Shown: positions 59,757-64,000 of the stretch, piece after piece
Layout: each line of letters opens with the position of its first letter
How positions within the stretch are numbered: position 1 is the stretch's first letter
Assembly (NCBI GenBank): GCA_964643315.1
Contig: CAZXSR010000003.1
Span: forward strand, 88,506-152,505
Direction of reading: 5' to 3'
Source of the DNA: an uncultured Ferruginibacter sp.
Lineage (GTDB): Bacteria > Bacteroidota > Bacteroidia > Chitinophagales > Chitinophagaceae
DNA length: 64,000 bases
Program-made: the position numbers and the translations under genes
The notes under the pieces: generated by a model
What the model was told of the DNA's origin: nothing
What the model saw: only the letters and a program-made list of their open reading frames with translations
The model's database searches: none

Positions 59757-59813
59757 GTAAAGCCGGATAGAAATCCGGCTCGCATCTATTATCCAATATC
59801 CTATGAAAAACCT
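59757..59813 (-). ncRNA. Candidate small RNA with anti-start-codon 5' seed
   Basis: TAGATTTG -7 box (59818-59825), then AGGTTTTTCATAGGATATTGGATAATAGATGCG, then perfect AGCCGGAT-TTCT-ATCCGGCT hairpin and TTTACATTTT. Confidence 0.55.
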
Positions 59814-59897
59814 GATGCAAATCTATTGTGTAAAAAAAGTAATAAATATGATCATTGTAGTACATCAAACTGATTATAATCACTTTTTATTTTTTGG

Positions 59898-60860
59898 CTA
59901 ATTTTTCCTCCTGAAATATTTTCTGAAAAAAACAGATTGTTTTAGGGCATCCAATATATCATTGATCTGTTTTGTTGCCTTATTTGCTTCTTTGACCATC
60001 TCCCTGGCTTCTTCTCTGGCTGATGTATCTCTCCACAAATATGGCAACATTCCATTTCCAGTATCAATTGTTTTTTTGAGGGAAACAGCTATTTGTCTAA
60101 CTGAATCTGTGAGTTGTGTGATATGCTCTCCGGTCGTTTGATATGTATTAAGTAATTTATGAATTCCCTGAGTCATTATGGAATCATAAAGCAAAAATCC
60201 CAACACACCTTTACCCTGATTTATCTGATGTTTCCATTTTCTCATTTCCAGTATCATTATTAATGCCTGCTCAGCAGTTTTTTTTAATGAAATGCTTGAA
60301 TGCTGTAATTGATGAACAATTATGGTGTCATTCAACAATGCCTGCATAAAAGTACTGGTATCTAAAGCCGCAGAAACACGTTGAATGTGAAAGGAAATAT
60401 CCTTAAAATTCAAATTTGTTTTACTGAATGTCTGAAGCATCTCGTCTGTATCCACCGGTTTTTTTGAAAACAGCAATGCTTTATCTTTTGCAGGCATAGC
60501 AGCCCCCCTAAGTGTTTGTATATTGATAATCTTGTTACCTACAAGACCGTCGGTACCGATAGAAACCAATGCGTTTTCGCGTATAATTCCATCGAGGCTT
60601 GCATCCAATCGCATGATTACTTCAATCAAGGTGTCATTGATAACCTCAATATCTTCAACCGTTCCTGCATCTATGCCAGCGAAACGAACATTATTTCCTT
60701 TTTTTAATCCCTGAATATTTTCAAATCTTGCTCGCAAATGAAAACTTCTTCCCATCAGGTGCTTATTTTTTCCAATCATGTACAACATGATAAGCAAAAA
60801 AGAAATACCTACTGTAACGAACAATCCCAACTGTATGTGTTTCAATCCTTCTTTTGCCAT
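59898..60860 (-). CDS. mlaD: MlaD/MCE family protein
   Basis: N-terminal TM, GLKKGNNVRFAGIDAGTV, SIGTDGLVG, helical C-terminus. Confidence 0.9.
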   Translation of the reverse strand: MAKEGLKHIQLGLFVTVGISFLLIMLYMIGKNKHLMGRSFHLRARFENIQGLKKGNNVRFAGIDAGTVEDIEVINDTLIEVIMRLDASLDGIIRENALVSIGTDGLVGNKIINIQTLRGAAMPAKDKALLFSKKPVDTDEMLQTFSKTNLNFKDISFHIQRVSAALDTSTFMQALLNDTIIVHQLQHSSISLKKTAEQALIMILEMRKWKHQINQGKGVLGFLLYDSIMTQGIHKLLNTYQTTGEHITQLTDSVRQIAVSLKKTIDTGNGMLPYLWRDTSAREEAREMVKEANKATKQINDILDALKQSVFFRKYFRRKN

Positions 60861-60866
60861 AATTGT

Positions 60867-61604
60867 TTATTCAAAAAACTGCCTAACAGCAGGGTCGGTA
60901 TGATATTTCAATTCATCATAATGCCCTGAAGCGTAACATCGACCTTTATACAAAACCAATACTTTATCAGCTGCCATTTTCACACAATTCATATCGTGAG
61001 AAATGATGAGCGCTGCGGTTTTATATTTTTCCCTGATTTGCACCATGAGTTGTATAATCTCTTTTCCGGTTGCAGGATCCAAGCCGGTTGTTGGCTCATC
61101 ATATAAGATGATTTCAGGCTGAAGTATGAGGGTTCTTGCTATGGCAATTCTCTTTCTCATTCCGCCCGACAATTCTGACGGCATCATGTTTAAAGTGTGT
61201 TCCAACCCTACATCCTTTAAGGCCTGCATAACTTTCTGCTGTGTTTGTTCCTTATCATATTTCTGCTTGTGTCTACGCAATGGGAATTCAAGATTTTCGC
61301 GTATGGTCATGGAGTCATACAGGGCATTGCTTTGAAATAAGAATCCTATACGAGCACGCATCTCATCTATTTCAACCGAATTTTGTTTATGAACATCTTT
61401 TCCAAATAAAATAATCTCACCGCTATCAGGTTGTAAGAGTCCGACAACACATTTAATCAATACCGACTTCCCTGAACCAGATTTACCCAACACCACAATA
61501 TTCTCTGCACGATGTAACTCCAGTGAAAAGTTTTGAAGTACATTATTTTTTCCAAAGCTTTTTGAAACATTGGATACCTTTAAGACAATTTCTGTGTTGT
61601 TCAA
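60867..61604 (-). CDS. mlaF: MlaF-like ABC transporter ATP-binding protein
   Basis: GKSGSGKS, FQSNALYDSM, LSGGMRKRIAIAR, YDEPTTGLDP. Confidence 0.9.
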   Translation of the reverse strand: MNNTEIVLKVSNVSKSFGKNNVLQNFSLELHRAENIVVLGKSGSGKSVLIKCVVGLLQPDSGEIILFGKDVHKQNSVEIDEMRARIGFLFQSNALYDSMTIRENLEFPLRRHKQKYDKEQTQQKVMQALKDVGLEHTLNMMPSELSGGMRKRIAIARTLILQPEIILYDEPTTGLDPATGKEIIQLMVQIREKYKTAALIISHDMNCVKMAADKVLVLYKGRCYASGHYDELKYHTDPAVRQFFE

Positions 61605-61632
61605 TGATATTATTAATTAAGTCAAAATGCAG

Positions 61633-61742
61633 AAGTAAAAATTCAAAATGAAAAATTCAAAATTTTCAAACCAGCTGTTTAGGGAAATTTACTTTTGTCC
61701 GGCTTTTGGCGGACAGGCTTTTTTACTTTTTACTTTTGAATT
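61633..61742. repeat. Heptamer-built imperfect inverted repeat with inserted hairpin
   Basis: Left arm AAGTAAA AATTCAA AATGAAA AATTCAA; right arm TTTACTT [TGTCCG..CGGACA] TTTACTT TTTACTT TTGAATT. Confidence 0.75.
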
Positions 61743-61760
61743 ATACCATTTAAATTACCC

Positions 61761-62525
61761 TTAACTAAACCCCAACAAATCCGTAATCTGCACGGCCAGC
61801 AAATCGAGAATGAAAATCATTACAGATGAAAGCACCACTGCCGAATTTGCACTTCTACCCACTCCTTCTGTTCCTTTACTGCTGTGATATCCTTTATAGG
61901 TACCAATCATACCCACAGCCCAACCAAAGAAATAAGTCTTGATAAATGCAGGCAATACATCGCGAAATTCGAGTGACTCAAATACCTGTGACCAGAAATA
62001 TTGAAAACTGGTCACCCCTTTTATATTAATACCCAGATAAGACCCATACAAAGAAATGGCATCGCTTAGCATAACAAGAATAGGCAACATTAATGTAGTT
62101 GCTATAGTTCTGGATACAACCAAGTATTTAAAAGGATTGGTTCCACTAACCTCCATGGCATCTATCTGTTCTGTCACTCTCATAGAACCAAGCTCAGCAC
62201 CAATACTGGACCCGATTTTACCTGCGAATATCAAAGCCGTAACAACCGGGCCAATTTCACGTATTATCGCAATACCAACAATGGTGGGAAGTTGCGATTC
62301 AACTCCATAATCAATCATGAAGGGGCGCAATTGCATAGTAAGCACAAGCCCCATGATGAATCCGGTTAAACCTACCAATGGTAAGGATTTATATCCGATT
62401 ATAAAACACTGCCGGATAATTTCACGCAATTCGAAAGGTGGCCATAAACTGCGCATAAAAAACTTTCCTGCAAAAGACGAAATACCCCCAATCTCTTCAA
62501 AAAATGGACGCAAATATGTTTGCAT
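61761..62525 (-). CDS. mlaE: MlaE family ABC transporter permease
   Basis: REIGPVVTALIFAGKIGSSIGAELGSMRVTEQIDAMEVSG, GTEGVG. Confidence 0.93.
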   Translation of the reverse strand: MQTYLRPFFEEIGGISSFAGKFFMRSLWPPFELREIIRQCFIIGYKSLPLVGLTGFIMGLVLTMQLRPFMIDYGVESQLPTIVGIAIIREIGPVVTALIFAGKIGSSIGAELGSMRVTEQIDAMEVSGTNPFKYLVVSRTIATTLMLPILVMLSDAISLYGSYLGINIKGVTSFQYFWSQVFESLEFRDVLPAFIKTYFFGWAVGMIGTYKGYHSSKGTEGVGRSANSAVVLSSVMIFILDLLAVQITDLLGFS

Positions 62526-62675
62526 GATTATTCTGTAATTAAATCATTGCCTGCTCTTGATCTAGTAGATAAAGATTGATTGATAGCCAATTCTATTCAA
62601 TGAGTACGATCAATTGAATACCAACAGCAGTCATTTTTTTTAAGGCAATGCCTATTGTATGTTTGGATAGTCGGA

Positions 62676-62689
62676 TTGATATTTATAAA
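62676..62689. promoter_or_regulatory. FNR/CRP-like box upstream of USP gene
   Basis: TTGAT-ATTT-ATAAA, 9/10 match to TTGAT-N4-ATCAA. Confidence 0.45.
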
Positions 62690-62741
62690 TTTTCTTTTTA
62701 TCCACTTGACTGTGGACAGGCTTTTTACTTTATACTAATTT

Positions 62742-63566
62742 ATGAAAAAAATAATCCTTGCCTGCGATGGCTTACATTTTCCGGAAGCGGCTTTTCAATT
62801 TGCATCAACCTTGCATGACAAGAACCCCATTTTACTGACAGGTGTATTTTTACCGCAAATAAGTTATGCCAATGTGTGGAGCTACGCCAATGGAATGGGT
62901 GCTCCTGTATTTGTTCCTACGCTTGGAGAATCGGAAACTGAAACCATTGAAAGCAATATCCGACAATTTGAACACAAGTGCTCAACGGTTCAAATGGATT
63001 ATAGTATCCGCAAGGATTTTTCTGATCTTGCACTTCCCGAACTGCAAAAAGAAAGTCGCTTTGCCGATTTGATGATCATAGGGAGTCAGGCATTTTATGA
63101 GGACATGGGCGTTAATAGTGCTGAGAGTTATATGAGAGATGCCCTGCATCACACAGAGTGTCCAATAATTATAGTGCCGGATAAATTAAAATTCCCAACT
63201 TCAGTTATTTTAGCTTATGATGGTACTGAAGACAATCTTTTTGCCATCAAGCAATTCTCTTATCTTTTTCCTGAATTTTCAGATTTACTAACTACTTTAT
63301 TATATGTGCATAAATCTGCAAAAAAAGAAATTCCCAAAGAGCCATTCATAGAAGAATGGGCCGCCAGGCATTTTTCTGATTTAACAATCAATTCACTTGA
63401 ATTGGATGCCAAACATTATCTAACAACCTGGATTGGAGATAAAAAAGATAGCTTATTGGTTAGTGGATCGTTTGGAAGAAGTAATATATCGGAGTTGTTT
63501 AGAAAAAGTTTTGTAACTGATGTTATTCGGGATCATCAGGTTCCGGTATTCATTGCACATAAATAA
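62742..63566 (+). CDS. Universal stress protein (tandem-domain, Bacteroidota type)
   Basis: KIILACDG, ADLMIIGS, CPIIIVP, VILAYDG, LVSGSFGRS, VPVFIAH. Confidence 0.88.
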   Translation: MKKIILACDGLHFPEAAFQFASTLHDKNPILLTGVFLPQISYANVWSYANGMGAPVFVPTLGESETETIESNIRQFEHKCSTVQMDYSIRKDFSDLALPELQKESRFADLMIIGSQAFYEDMGVNSAESYMRDALHHTECPIIIVPDKLKFPTSVILAYDGTEDNLFAIKQFSYLFPEFSDLLTTLLYVHKSAKKEIPKEPFIEEWAARHFSDLTINSLELDAKHYLTTWIGDKKDSLLVSGSFGRSNISELFRKSFVTDVIRDHQVPVFIAHK

Positions 63567-63571
63567 TTTCT

Positions 63572-64000
63572 ATGTTGAAATATGCGGTTGCTTTTGACGG
63601 TTTAAAATTTTCAAAAGCAGCCATGCATTGTGCTATTTCACTAAGCAAGCAATGCAAAGCATTTCTTACCGGTATTTTTTTAGATGACCCTGCCCATAGT
63701 AGCTACCATATTTATGATTTGATTGGAGCAGACGGAACAGAAGAAAGAAAAATCAGGCAATTTCACAAAAATGACAGATTGACCAGGCAGGAGGCATCGC
63801 TTTTATTCAAAAATATTTGTATTAAATCCGGAATTGATTTTATATCACATCATGACGAAAACAACGCGCTTCAAGATCTTTTAAAAGAAGCCATTTTTTC
63901 TGATTTGCTGATTTTGGACCGCGGAGAAACTTTTACCCAACACAATGAAAATACTCCTTCACGATTTATCAGAGATGTATTAATCAATATACCATGCCCT
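63572..64000 (+). CDS. Second universal stress protein, partial (runs off window; absent from ORF track)
   Basis: Manual translation MLKYAVAFDGLKFSKAAM...LTGIFLDD...SDLLILD...DVLINIPCP; paralogous pattern to preceding gene. Confidence 0.82.
   Translation, partial: MLKYAVAFDGLKFSKAAMHCAISLSKQCKAFLTGIFLDDPAHSSYHIYDLIGADGTEERKIRQFHKNDRLTRQEASLLFKNICIKSGIDFISHHDENNALQDLLKEAIFSDLLILDRGETFTQHNENTPSRFIRDVLINIPCP

Noticed and set aside
59803-59901. 32-codon plus-strand ORF MKNLMQIYC...
   Set aside because: Arises from the antisense of the anti-AUG seed; runs through the promoter and operator, with no coding support.
1-64000. tRNA, rRNA, known riboswitches, transposases, defence systems
   Set aside because: None recognised by eye; tRNAscan-SE, Infernal/Rfam and HMM searches would be needed to exclude them formally.

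Overview
AT-rich bacterial chromosomal segment, almost certainly Bacteroidota and most consistent with Chitinophagaceae (TAnnTTTG promoters, T9SS cargo, PorP/SprF, DUF2795, gatB). It holds about 48 genes, mostly housekeeping: galE (partial), PiT/DUF47, gatB, comEC, lutB, an orphan atpA, accBC, a fused 2-oxoacid dehydrogenase E1, lolD, fabI, recN, nif3, grpE-dnaJ, hpt, recG and msrA. Interspersed is a dense set of type IX secretion cargo: an M36 protease, two PKD/CHU_C proteins each followed by a PorP/SprF gene, a stand-alone CTD protein and a two-headed SprB-repeat protein. The right end is a stress-type cluster (dodecin, DUF2267, YtxH, holin-like protein, MlaEFD, two USPs) with FNR/CRP-like boxes. 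I saw no rRNA, tRNA, CRISPR array, transposase, integrase or phage genes. The most interesting signal is non-coding. A candidate ~57-nt small RNA (59757-59813, minus strand) has its own promoter box and terminator hairpin, and its 5' end is complementary to AUGAAAAA-type start regions, best matching the porP/sprF gene at 34662. A similar motif plus hairpin sits in the 3' UTR of that same porP gene. Several families of short intergenic repeats are also present. All assignments come from reading the sequence; no database searches were run.
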